Positions 25,468 to 34,912 of a stretch of 37,152 bases of DNA are shown here, one piece after another. Positions within the stretch are counted from its first letter, which is position 1. Every line of letters begins with the position of its first letter. The translations under genes were made by a program, and so were the position numbers. The notes below the pieces were generated by a model. It worked only from the letters and a program-made list of their open reading frames with translations, did no database searches and had not been told where the DNA came from. The stretch spans positions 1 to 37,152 of the forward strand of contig JAGVZV010000009.1 of the NCBI GenBank assembly GCA_018302265.1. The letters run 5' to 3'. This stretch comes from Candidatus Woesearchaeota archaeon (GTDB lineage: Archaea > Nanobdellota > Nanobdellia > SCGC-AAA011-G17 > JAFCDX01).

Positions 25468-28400
25468 CTAACTCACCTCTTTACCGAATGTTCTTCTCTT
25501 GACCTCTTTTTTTAGTTCTTCTTCCCAGCCAAAAAATATTTTTTTACTGTCTAAAAATCCGTATTTTTGAAGAATCTCATCAGATATTTTGTGGAATAGA
25601 TCATTGAAGTAGATAACATTTACTGCTTCTAACAGATCAGGCATATCTAATTTTTTTGCATAATCAACTATTGTTTCTTTAATCTTTGCCCTTAGCAAAA
25701 TATTCTCCCAGACCGCGCCCCAATTACCAGCCCATTCTTTTATATTGGATGCTATTGATTTTACTATTTCTGATTCTCCGTTAATCAAAGCGTCTGTTGG
25801 CTGCAATGAATCAGTTTTTGCATCATATTTCATCAGATCAACAAATCCGTTTTCTGCCAGCGGATCATTCTCCCAGTTTTTCCTTACTTCAGTTATCTGC
25901 GTAACTCTTCTCCATCTGTGCAATCCATCAGGAGATTTTATTGGATTTGCAATTACAATAATATCAACTGCCTTGAAGCTTGTTCTTGGAACTTTTAAAT
26001 CATTAACAATTCTATCAAAAACACCATAAGGGCTATCGCCATGAATTGTTCCAGCAACAACATTTGCAAGAGCACCAACGCGCATTGCCTCGAATAATGC
26101 CAAGGCTTCTAAACTTCTAATTTCTCCAACAATCAGGGAGGAATCTCCTAATCTCAAGCTTGTTCTTATGCCCTCATCAGCAGCAAGTTCAGCACCAGCT
26201 CCTGCCAGAGCAGCACGAACCTTAAGTGGCTGTATATTATACCCCATTTCTCTTAATTTTTCTGTGCTTAATTCCATAGTATTATGCGCTATTATATTTC
26301 CTGTTAAGAAACTCTCACATTCTGGAACTGAAATGTCATAAACATAATCATTAAAATTTTCTATCTTTTCAATATCTCTTACTTCGTCCCAGAATATGTC
26401 TGAATTAGCGAGTATCTTAAGATTTTCAAGCAGGGGGTGTTCTATACAATTTTGTTGCAACATTTTGGAAAATTTAGATCTTCCAATATTACAATTACCA
26501 TGGATATAACTTCTATAATTAAAATCCTTAATCATTTTTTTCATATCTTTTCTATTTTCTAAACTTAAGGGGATTATATCTGTAGAATCATGGGTAGATG
26601 TCTTATTTGCCAGGTTATCTAAACTTTTGTTTTTATAACCTTGCAAGAATCCTATTTCTTTGAATAATTTAATAAATTTGTTAGAACTGATTGAAGAATT
26701 ATGGGTTTTATCCTTTCTAAAGTGAGTTATTCTGCTAATTATTCCGAATCTTAATAATAGTGTTTGAACGTCTTTTAGCATATTTAAAGAAGACAGTGCC
26801 AGCATTATTTCGGATTTTGATACGTGGCCATCTCCACTAAATAAACCCTTTAAAATATATTTTATTTGATCATTAGTTAAAGAAAAAACCCAGTTAGGAA
26901 TTCTTTTTGTATAAGCATCCCCTTTTAATTCTAAAACTTCTCTTAAGACATGTTTAAAGGTAACAGAATTTATCATTAAAGAAAATTTATCTGAATGCAT
27001 TTTAACTGGAAAATCTATATGATTTGCCAAGTTATAAATAATTTTTCTTTCTTCTTCAGTCACGGAAGAGAATATTATAGATTTTGAATCGTAACAACCA
27101 TCTGCTAACCACAACCCTATAAGGGTAAGCAAATCTTCAGTTATATCCATTTTTATAGGAATGCCCCTGGAATTACCCCTTATTTTTATGTATGCATCAG
27201 TTATTCCATTAATATTATACCCTAATGCTTTAAGGTCTTTTAATATTTTTATTGGAATAATTCCCTTTCTAAACCATCTAGATATTAAAGAGCGGTTATG
27301 TTTGTACTCTTTCCCTAGTTGTTTAATTTCATGATGGTAATTTTTTATAATTTCTTTAATATTTCCTCCATATACATAAGCTATTTCAAATTTATCTAGA
27401 TAATTTAATAAATTTATTTCTTTTAATTCCTTCCCTATAATGGGCAAAGATCTGGGTGTTGCTATAAAAGTACCTTTTTTAATTTCATTCACTTTAATTT
27501 CTGAAATTTTTGCTTCTGGGTTCAATCCAAGCAAAGAATGGTCCCCTGTTACTTTTATTTCCCTTCCAGTTCTTGTAATTATTTTATAGACTGGTTTGTT
27601 GACTTTGTGCCTGATAAATTTAGATATTTTCGCCGGCATTATTTTTCCTTCTTTGTTCATGGATAAAATTGCTATATCATTTTCATTACCCAAAATTTCG
27701 TGTCCGCTAAGATTGTACCAACAACCATTTTTTTCAATCAGAGAATCTATTAAATTTCCTATTGTATCTCTTTCCCATAAATTATTTTTTTTGACTATAA
27801 CTTCTGAATCTCCAGTAACACTATCTTCAACAGTAATTACCCTATACTTTCTCATTATTTCAAGCAGGCACGAATCAAGCAGCGACGTCTTTCCAGACCC
27901 ACGAGTTCCAGCTATCAGTAACGTCCTTGCACCATCTATTATGAAACTGAGCAATCCTGCACCAAGTGGAGATATCATTTTATTGTCCATAAACAATGGA
28001 AGTGTCCATGGCTTATCACGATGTCTTCTTAAAGCAAATCCCAATCCATACGGATTTAATGGCTTGGAAATAATTGCAATTCTTGCCCTTGAATTTGGAA
28101 GGATTAATTCTGTATCCAGAACAGGATTTGCCTCATCCAGGGGTCTTCCACTCAATAATCTAAATTTGGTTGCCCAGGATTCTCCATCATCAACGCTCGG
28201 GAAAATGTTAGTAACACACTCCTCGTAATCAGAATGCACCAAGAATATTGGATTCTGTCCTATGGGTCCGTTTATTGAAATATCCTGCACTTTAGGGTCA
28301 TTTAATAACGTTTCAATCAAACCAAAACCAACAGTGTAACGCACCAGAATTTCTGCTAACTCCTCAATCTCTTTGTAGGATATTTCTATATTCTGATGCG

Positions 28401-29316
28401 AGGCTAATTCAGTGATTAAATCACGACCTATGTTAAAAAATGTTTTCCTCATTCTTTCCGGGTCAACAAATTCCTCTGCTTTTGGCTTGTGCTCTGATAA
28501 CACATTTCTAGCAAGATTCAGCAGCATGTATTTATCCTCAGAAATCTTAAACTCAGGAGGATTCAGATGATACAAATATTTTATATCCTTTGGAACCCTG
28601 AATATTGTAACATCTGTTCTTTTATCAATAGAATAAGCATCAATCTCTTCTCCATGCATTGGAGGCTCGGCCATTAATCTGGTGTACATAAAATCAGGGG
28701 TTATTATTGGTCTTAACACTTGTCTGTAAATGGACCTATCACCAAGAGTATAACCTGCTGTATGTGGCATTGCAAGAGCCATTAATTTTGTCTGGTCTAG
28801 ATATACAAGAACTGTCCTTAATAAGTTGATATAATAATCCCTGCATCTTAAACATAATGGAGTTGTTGTCTTCCTTGTAAGAATTGTTTCTTCTCTGACT
28901 AATCTTTTCAATTCGACATAAGCACCAACCGGATCTGTCCTCAACAAATTCAAGATTATATGCTGAATCTGCGCTAATCTCCCCGGAAGACAAACCTGGC
29001 ACTCAAGAGTTGGAGCCATTGCCCCAAGTGTCAGAATCTTTTTTTGCTTTATGAAATGATTGTATATGTTTGCTATTTCTACAAGAACAGATGTCTGGGT
29101 AAAATCATACTCATAATTTTTTCCCATCTGTGAAAAAACAATCCTGGAAACTCCGGAACTCTGGGCTAAGAAATCAATGGTCTTAGACATGCACATGCTG
29201 CTATCTTCTATAGAGGGAGAATAGGGATAATTATTATAATTAACCCACATCACCTCTTCATTACCCTGCTTAACTATTTCATAGTCTCCGGGTTTTGTTT
29301 TCTTAGTGAATAGCAT
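25468..29316 (-). CDS. Type II/IV secretion (CpaF/TadA/ArlI-like) ATPase with intein; 768 aa after splicing
   Basis: Walker A GTRGSGKT, Asp box VED/T.EL, Walker B LIVGEIR, His box GTIHG; N-terminal CxxC...CxxC. Confidence 0.93.
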   Translation of the reverse strand: MLFTKKTKPGDYEIVKQGNEEVMWVNYNNYPYSPSIEDSSMCMSKTIDFLAQSSGVSRIVFSQMGKNYEYDFTQTSVLVEIANIYNHFIKQKKILTLGAMAPTLECQVCLPGRLAQIQHIILNLLRTDPVGAYVELKRLVREETILTRKTTTPLCLRCRDYYINLLRTVLVYLDQTKLMALAMPHTAGYTLGDRSIYRQVLRPIITPDFMYTRLMAEPPMHGEEIDAYSIDKRTDVTIFRVPKDIKYLYHLNPPEFKISEDKYMLLNLARNVLSEHKPKAEEFVDPERMRKTFFNIGRDLITELASHQNIEISYKEIEELAEILVRYTVGFGLIETLLNDPKVQDISINGPIGQNPIFLVHSDYEECVTNIFPSVDDGESWATKFRLLSGRPLDEANPVLDTELILPNSRARIAIISKPLNPYGLGFALRRHRDKPWTLPLFMDNKMISPLGAGLLSFIIDGARTLLIAGTRGSGKTSLLDSCLLEIMRKYRVITVEDSVTGDSEVIVKKNNLWERDTIGNLIDSLIEKNGCWYNLSGHEILGNENDIAILSMNKEGKIMPAKISKFIRHKVNKPVYKIITRTGREIKVTGDHSLLGLNPEAKISEIKVNEIKKGTFIATPRSLPIIGKELKEINLLNYLDKFEIAYVYGGNIKEIIKNYHHEIKQLGKEYKHNRSLISRWFRKGIIPIKILKDLKALGYNINGITDAYIKIRGNSRGIPIKMDITEDLLTLIGLWLADGCYDSKSIIFSSVTEEERKIIYNLANHIDFPVKMHSDKFSLMINSVTFKHVLREVLELKGDAYTKRIPNWVFSLTNDQIKYILKGLFSGDGHVSKSEIMLALSSLNMLKDVQTLLLRFGIISRITHFRKDKTHNSSISSNKFIKLFKEIGFLQGYKNKSLDNLANKTSTHDSTDIIPLSLENRKDMKKMIKDFNYRSYIHGNCNIGRSKFSKMLQQNCIEHPLLENLKILANSDIFWDEVRDIEKIENFNDYVYDISVPECESFLTGNIIAHNTMELSTEKLREMGYNIQPLKVRAALAGAGAELAADEGIRTSLRLGDSSLIVGEIRSLEALALFEAMRVGALANVVAGTIHGDSPYGVFDRIVNDLKVPRTSFKAVDIIVIANPIKSPDGLHRWRRVTQITEVRKNWENDPLAENGFVDLMKYDAKTDSLQPTDALINGESEIVKSIASNIKEWAGNWGAVWENILLRAKIKETIVDYAKKLDMPDLLEAVNVIYFNDLFHKISDEILQKYGFLDSKKIFFGWEEELKKEVKRRTFGKEVS
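26281..27822 (-). mobile_element. Full-length intein (514 aa) with LAGLIDADG homing endonuclease
   Basis: Starts SVTGDS after VED; block B VTGDHSL; LIGLWLADG and LKGLFSGDG; block F VYDISVP; ends IIAHN followed by Thr+1. Confidence 0.95.
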
Positions 29317-29398
29317 AGTCCTCTTTTAAAATACATTAAATTTATATACTAATAAGGACTTTTATTAAAAAAGCTTTCGTTTAATCAAAAAGAGGAAA

Positions 29399-29755
29399 AT
29401 GGTACAAGAAGCTGAGACAAGTAATATTCTAGTTGACCTTAACACGCGAATTAGAGTTCTGGAAGAGAAGAACAGCCAGTTAAGGGAAAATTTACTGATT
29501 ATTAATCAAAACATGATTGAGGAATACAAGAGACTGATACAAGAGATAAAAACAATCAATTCTGATCTAAAAGAGACCAGAGAGGATATGCAAAATCTCA
29601 GGGAAATCGCCAAGCATGTAATAAAAGAGAGCGCGGGTTTTGCAAAAAAAGACTCTGTACTGGTTTTAGAAAAGTATATTAATCTCTGGGACCCCATGAA
29701 ATTTACAACAGAAGAGGATGTCCTAAAGATAATGGAACATCAAAAAAGAGCGTGA
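29399..29755 (+). CDS. Coiled-coil protein, divergent from the ATPase
   Basis: Heptad-rich helical sequence with LEKYINLWDPMKF tail. Confidence 0.75.
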   Translation: MVQEAETSNILVDLNTRIRVLEEKNSQLRENLLIINQNMIEEYKRLIQEIKTINSDLKETREDMQNLREIAKHVIKESAGFAKKDSVLVLEKYINLWDPMKFTTEEDVLKIMEHQKRA

Positions 29756-29760
29756 GATAA

Positions 29761-30297
29761 ATGGCTGAAGAAGAGTATAATGAAATAAAAGAGCAAGTTG
29801 GAGAGGAAGTAGAAGCTCCGGCACCAACACAGAATATACCAAGCGGGATGAGGCCATCTCTTATTTCTAAAAGAGCGCAAGCTGCTCCGATTGCTGAGGC
29901 TGGTTTTGAGGCTCCTCAGTTTGAAATGCCCCAGCCAATCACGCCAACGCCAGCAATATCAGGAAGGGCTGATATGGAAACAATAGAGCAGATAGCTGAA
30001 TCAATTGTCAATGAGAAGTGGGAAGACTTAATGTCAAGCGTAGGCAATATTGCCATATGGAAGGAAAAGGTACAGACTGATATTCGCGCAATAAAACAGG
30101 AAATTATGAGGATGGAAGAGAGATTTGAAAATCTGCAAAAAGCTATTCTTGGAAGAGTTGAGGAATATAATAAAACAATATCAACAGTCGGAAGCGAAAT
30201 GAAGGCCCTTGAGAGTGTTTTAGAAAGGATACTGCATCCGCTTGCAACAAATATCAAAGAATTATCAAGAATAACTGAGGATTTAAAGAAAAGATAA
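29761..30297 (+). CDS. Protein with a Pro/Ala/Glu-rich N-terminus and C-terminal coiled coil
   Basis: Low-complexity N half, then IEQIAESIVNEKW and long heptad repeats. Confidence 0.75.
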   Translation: MAEEEYNEIKEQVGEEVEAPAPTQNIPSGMRPSLISKRAQAAPIAEAGFEAPQFEMPQPITPTPAISGRADMETIEQIAESIVNEKWEDLMSSVGNIAIWKEKVQTDIRAIKQEIMRMEERFENLQKAILGRVEEYNKTISTVGSEMKALESVLERILHPLATNIKELSRITEDLKKR

Positions 30298-30816
30298 TTA
30301 TTTCTCCATTCTTGGAGCAATGAATCTTACTGAGAGTGAAGCTATTATAAGAATAAATATGGCTCCGAGAACTCTTGGGTGGAATAATGTTCTTAGTGTT
30401 TCACTTCCAATTGTTTTTGTTACATTAGATCCTGCGTAAGGAGTGAATATCTCCCCATAAACCTGTGTTATTCCTATAATCAATAATAAAAATGCAATAA
30501 CCATGACTGTCCATATGCTAAGATTGTTCCAGACAACTTGCTTTTCTATCCCCAAAAAAGTCAGCCCCATAAATAGTAATATTAAGAATACAAAAATAAA
30601 AACAAACCATGGAACGATGTAATTAATCAGGTCCACTACTCCTCCGGCAAATAAAGATACCAGTGCAATGGATAGTGCCACAATAAATTTTAATGTTTTG
30701 TTAGTACCCATCCAATCAGTATTATCCAGAATTATATATACCAAAGAAAAAATAAATAAGAATGTAACGAGTGGTAAAAAATGATACAATAATCCGGTAT
30801 CTAATAGTGTTGCCAT
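30298..30816 (-). CDS. Multi-pass membrane protein, paralogue 3 of a tandem triplet
   Basis: FLPLVTFLFIFSLVYIILDNT motif; about five TM segments. Confidence 0.75.
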   Translation of the reverse strand: MATLLDTGLLYHFLPLVTFLFIFSLVYIILDNTDWMGTNKTLKFIVALSIALVSLFAGGVVDLINYIVPWFVFIFVFLILLFMGLTFLGIEKQVVWNNLSIWTVMVIAFLLLIIGITQVYGEIFTPYAGSNVTKTIGSETLRTLFHPRVLGAIFILIIASLSVRFIAPRMEK

Positions 30817-31362
30817 TTATTGACCAAATAATCTTGTGTACATATCCCTCGGTGTTTGTTGTTGTCCACTACCACCAATATATGCAACTACTACAACAAC
30901 TGTTGCAATAAGTATAATCCACGCCCTATCTCTTGAATCAGGCCTTAACCAGTAAGGAAGATTTAAACTAGTACCGCCAGATAAAGCCCATATAATAGCT
31001 ATTATACATATCACAAGTGCAATTGGTAAAGCCATTCCCTTCCATCCTTCTGTCTTAGCTCCAAACATTCCAGCAATAACTAAAAACATTAAAGACACTA
31101 GAATAAACAAAGAAACCTTTGGTAGGAATGAATTTATTATATAAGTTATCTCGGGCTGTGATACAACTAACAATCCCAATATTAAAGAAATAACTAAATT
31201 AATATTTGTTTTTGGCTTCTCTGTTCCGTGTTCTTTTCCAAATATCATTAATTTTTCAAGTATTGCAAATATTATTGTGAATATCAGCAAGAAGGGAAGA
31301 AGATAATCATAAACTCCCATTGCCTGTAATTCAGCCATTAATGAATAAAAATCTGTTGCCAT
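30817..31362 (-). CDS. Multi-pass membrane protein, paralogue 2
   Basis: GVYDYLLPFLLIFTIIFAILEK...KPKTNIN.VIS..LGLLVV. Confidence 0.78.
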   Translation of the reverse strand: MATDFYSLMAELQAMGVYDYLLPFLLIFTIIFAILEKLMIFGKEHGTEKPKTNINLVISLILGLLVVSQPEITYIINSFLPKVSLFILVSLMFLVIAGMFGAKTEGWKGMALPIALVICIIAIIWALSGGTSLNLPYWLRPDSRDRAWIILIATVVVVVAYIGGSGQQQTPRDMYTRLFGQ

Positions 31363-31923
31363 TTACTTATCACCATCCCCTTTCTTATTCCAGGTTATAA
31401 AAAAGATTGCACCAATAATAACTGCCAGCAATATCACACTGGAAACAATAGAACCGCCCCAACTATCCATCACATATTCATAAGCATATTCCAACCATGA
31501 TTGTCCAGAATCTAGTTTTATTGCATACAAGAAGATTATGATAACACCAATTAACAAGAATGCAACAAATGCAGCATAATATCCCGGATGTCCTTCCTTG
31601 AAATTAAACTCTTTTGTTGTTGCAAATGTTCCAATCACCATCAAGAAACTTATACTGATAACTATCAATAAAACAATATTTGGAAGTGCCACCTGAAGCG
31701 CTGTAACAATCTTATTGCTTGCTACAACAAGAAGAGCAATAACAAATGACACCATCGAATTAAGATTTCTTTTTGGTTTTTCTCCTTCCTTCCCAAGTAT
31801 CATTGTCTTTTCTAGAATAGCAAAGACCATTGTGAATACCAGCAGGAATGGAAGCACTACATCAAACAAGCCAAATTTTTGAAAGAACTGTATTGCGTTT
31901 GCTAATGGACTTGGTTCTACCAT
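31363..31923 (-). CDS. Multi-pass membrane protein, paralogue 1
   Basis: GLFDVVLPFLLVFTMVFAILEK...KPKRNLN.MVS..IALLVV. Confidence 0.78.
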   Translation of the reverse strand: MVEPSPLANAIQFFQKFGLFDVVLPFLLVFTMVFAILEKTMILGKEGEKPKRNLNSMVSFVIALLVVASNKIVTALQVALPNIVLLIVISISFLMVIGTFATTKEFNFKEGHPGYYAAFVAFLLIGVIIIFLYAIKLDSGQSWLEYAYEYVMDSWGGSIVSSVILLAVIIGAIFFITWNKKGDGDK

Positions 31924-31999
31924 ATTAAAGTATAGAAATCATTAATATATAAAAGTTATGCTTTGACTTTTGGGTGCAATAATATAAAAATAAGGAAAT

Positions 32000-32287
32000 T
32001 TATTCCTCTACTGTCGCTTGTGCTCCCTCTTCCTCTTCAATGGTCGGGATTGCATTCCTTGATATGATCATTATGTTATCAATGGATTTAACCAATTGAT
32101 GCGGGACTATAACTCCCTTAGCTCCCCCAAGCATCTTGTTTAAAACAGAGCCTTTTGTTGATTTTATTTTCCAGCCTGATATTTTGTTGTCCACGAGCAC
32201 ACTTTCTTCTACTATGCCAAAGAAAGAACCCTCATCAGTGTAAACACTCATATCATAAACTTCACTTACATTTTTAGTCTTTAACAT
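32000..32287 (-). CDS. PRC-barrel domain protein (CdpB-like)
   Basis: S.....VYT.EG.FFG.VEE, IVP...VKSI.NIMII pattern; acidic tail. Confidence 0.8.
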   Translation of the reverse strand: MLKTKNVSEVYDMSVYTDEGSFFGIVEESVLVDNKISGWKIKSTKGSVLNKMLGGAKGVIVPHQLVKSIDNIMIISRNAIPTIEEEEGAQATVEE

Positions 32288-32352
32288 GTTAGCCCTCCTT
32301 TAATGGCTGTTCTAGCAAAACTATTTAAGTTTATATAATTTTCTCTTTTTGA

Positions 32353-33039
32353 ATGATATCTTACAAGAATATAACAATTCTGGGGACATCCCATATCTCA
32401 ATAGAAAGCGTAAATGAGGTGGAATCAGCTATCAGGAGCATTAACCCGGATGTGGTTGCTCTTGAGCTGGACAGGAAGAGGTTTAATGCCTTATTTTCAA
32501 ATAAAAGAAGGATTTCTGTGTGGGATATCAGGACAATAGGCATCAAGGGTTTCTTATTCAATCTCATAGGATCTTTTGTTGAAAAAAAACTCGGAAAAAT
32601 GGTAGGAGTATCTCCTGGAAGCGAGATGAAAAAGGCAACTTTGGTTGCAAAGGAACTAAAATGCAATATTGCACTTATTGATCAGGATATCAGCATCACT
32701 CTTAATAACATATCGAAGAGATTAACATTCAAGGAAAAGATGAATTTCTTTTTTGACTTGTTAAAGGGAGTGTTCAAGAGAGAAAAAATTAAGTTTGATC
32801 TCCATAAGGTTCCCAGCAGGGAGATAATAAAAAAATTAACCAATAAAGTCAGGAAAAGATACCCAAATGTCTATTCTGTCCTGGTTGATGACAGAAATAA
32901 GTATATGGCAAAGAATTTATATAAGTTAATGCTATCATATAATAAAATAATTGCGATAGTTGGCGCAGGTCATGAGGAAGACCTGGTAAAAGAGATAAAA
33001 ATATGGGAATCTTCAATGAAAAAGAGGGCAAGTACATAG
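32353..33039 (+). CDS. TraB/PrgY/GumN family protein
   Basis: GTSH, V.LELD..R, PG.EM..A, LIDQDI..T, L.D.RN.YMA, VGAGH motifs. Confidence 0.88.
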   Translation: MISYKNITILGTSHISIESVNEVESAIRSINPDVVALELDRKRFNALFSNKRRISVWDIRTIGIKGFLFNLIGSFVEKKLGKMVGVSPGSEMKKATLVAKELKCNIALIDQDISITLNNISKRLTFKEKMNFFFDLLKGVFKREKIKFDLHKVPSREIIKKLTNKVRKRYPNVYSVLVDDRNKYMAKNLYKLMLSYNKIIAIVGAGHEEDLVKEIKIWESSMKKRAST

Positions 33040-33755
33040 CGCTGACAATCTTTATTCTAACCATAGTATTCGGGTTTAATGACGGAACAGAGACATTTGA
33101 ATTATCACACTGGATAAATAATTTATTTTTGGTGCTGATTGTTGTGGCCATATCATTCTTGCTGGCGCACATAATGCATAGGCTGGTTGCAAAAAAGTTC
33201 TTTGCTAAATCAACATACGATCTCTGGATTGTTAAGAGATTTGGATTTTCTCCACATATGAAAGCGAGGTTAATGAAAAAGGAGCTTGCTGTTCCTGCAG
33301 GAATACTTTTTCCGGTCCTGTTTGCGATAATGTCAAATGGATTGTGGTACCTTCCACTGGTTGGAACTTACAATCTCATAGAGGAAAAGGCAAAAAGAGC
33401 AGGAAAGATATTCATCAAGATTAGCGGATATGAGAGAGCAATTACTTACCTTGCTGCTCCGTTCACAAATCTGGTATTATTTTTTATATTTTTGTTCATG
33501 GGGAAAACACTTGGGATGGATTTTGGTTTATTTACAAAGGTTAACATGTGGATGGCTTTGGCTGGTCTAGTTCCAATTCCGGGATTGATTGGAGCAGAAA
33601 TTTTATTTGGCTCGTTATCATTTTACATCTTTGCTGTCTTGTTCTTTGTAATATCAATAATACTTGCTCCCATCAATATAATCTTGGCTATCTTACTTGG
33701 TGTTATACTCGCAATTACAGTTGTCCTTACTTATTTTGTGGGAGTCTCGAAATGA
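33003..33755 (+). CDS. M50 (site-2 protease)-like membrane protein with degenerate catalytic motifs
   Basis: AHIMH in place of HExxH, AAP..N in place of AGP..N, GLVPIPGLIG in place of NL.P..PLDG. Confidence 0.65.
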   Translation: MGIFNEKEGKYIALTIFILTIVFGFNDGTETFELSHWINNLFLVLIVVAISFLLAHIMHRLVAKKFFAKSTYDLWIVKRFGFSPHMKARLMKKELAVPAGILFPVLFAIMSNGLWYLPLVGTYNLIEEKAKRAGKIFIKISGYERAITYLAAPFTNLVLFFIFLFMGKTLGMDFGLFTKVNMWMALAGLVPIPGLIGAEILFGSLSFYIFAVLFFVISIILAPINIILAILLGVILAITVVLTYFVGVSK

Positions 33756-34048
33756 ATGGAACCTCGGGAGGATTAGTGGAGAAAACCCAACCAAGAATAG
33801 ATCAGGACTTTTGCGGGAGATTGTGCACTCTGTATTTAAGTGCAAAACCAGAGGCGAGTTTTGAAGATTGGTTGAGAGACTATAGGATGATAGAAGATAT
33901 TTTATTGGAGAAGCTTGCTACAGTTCCATCATGGAAATTTGGTTTATTTCAATTAACAGAGGAATATTTTTCTGGAGCAATCAGAAATGGCGGACCAGAT
34001 GCTAAAGGATTACAGGAATATCTTCAAACAAAATCAAATCCATGGTAA
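33752..34048 (+). CDS. Hypothetical protein, 98 aa
   Basis: ATGA overlap with the upstream stop; the track's longer N-terminus overlaps the previous gene and is probably spurious. Confidence 0.5.
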   Translation: MNGTSGGLVEKTQPRIDQDFCGRLCTLYLSAKPEASFEDWLRDYRMIEDILLEKLATVPSWKFGLFQLTEEYFSGAIRNGGPDAKGLQEYLQTKSNPW

Positions 34049-34084
34049 CAATAATTATTTAAATGCGTGTTCGTATAATTGAGG

Positions 34085-34912
34085 ATGGATAAAAAAGAGG
34101 TTCTTGATAAAATAAACACAGAATTGCAGATTCAGGGAAAAAGCAAGCAGACGCAGAAGGCTTATTGTTATTTCAATGAAAAATTTTTGGATTTTATAAA
34201 TAAAACCCCAGAAAAGATAGAAGAAGGCGATGTCAAAAAATTCCTGGCTAATCTGCTTTCCAATAAAAAATATGATCCTGCATCTGTCGGGCTTGCAAGA
34301 AGTGCATTAAAATTCTTCTATGATAATATACTTAAAACAAAGATAATGGCAGATATAAAAACTCCAAAGAAGCAGAGGAAACTGCCTGATGTTTTGACAA
34401 GGGATGAAGTAAAAAAATTAATTGAAGAGGCAGGTTCTTTGAGGAATAAATTGCTTATAGAATTGATGTATTCTTCCGGATTAAGAGTCAGCGAGTGCGC
34501 ATCCCTGAAAATAAATGATTTGAACCTTAGTGATAAAACAGGGCTGTTAAAGCTAGGAAAGGGAGGAAAGGACAGATTTTTTGTTTTATCATCTAAGATG
34601 ATAGATGATCTAAAAGAGCACATAAAAGACAAGAAGGATTCGGATTATATTTTTTCAGGCGTCAATGGTTCTCTTGGCGTTCGTGCAGTGCAAAGAGTTA
34701 TTTCAAGGATTGCTGTAAGGGCAGGGATCAAGAAAAGAGTTTACTGCCATTTACTGAGGCATGCATTTGCAACGCATTTATTGGAGGGTGGAACTGATAT
34801 CAGATTGATACAGGAATTGATGGGGCATAGCTCGCTTACAACAACGCAGTTCTATACCAAGGTTTCTAAAGAACAATTAAAGACCGTTAAAAATCCTCTG
34901 GATAGCTTATGA
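34085..34912 (+). CDS. XerA/XerC-D-like tyrosine recombinase
   Basis: N-terminal SAM-like region; catalytic R (GLRVSE), K (GKGGKDR), HxxR (HLLRH), H (MGH) and Y (TTQFY). Confidence 0.92.
   Translation: MDKKEVLDKINTELQIQGKSKQTQKAYCYFNEKFLDFINKTPEKIEEGDVKKFLANLLSNKKYDPASVGLARSALKFFYDNILKTKIMADIKTPKKQRKLPDVLTRDEVKKLIEEAGSLRNKLLIELMYSSGLRVSECASLKINDLNLSDKTGLLKLGKGGKDRFFVLSSKMIDDLKEHIKDKKDSDYIFSGVNGSLGVRAVQRVISRIAVRAGIKKRVYCHLLRHAFATHLLEGGTDIRLIQELMGHSSLTTTQFYTKVSKEQLKTVKNPLDSL

Noticed and set aside
17666..29316. Archaellum (motility) operon
   Set aside because: No recognisable archaellin N-terminus or ArlH KaiC-like ATPase; no prepilin peptidase in the window either (presumably elsewhere)
34068..34095. 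dif-like site (TGTTCGTATAA resembles a XerC arm)
   Set aside because: No matching inverted or XerD-like arm after a 6-bp spacer; the IR at 36120 has an 11-nt rather than 6-nt spacer
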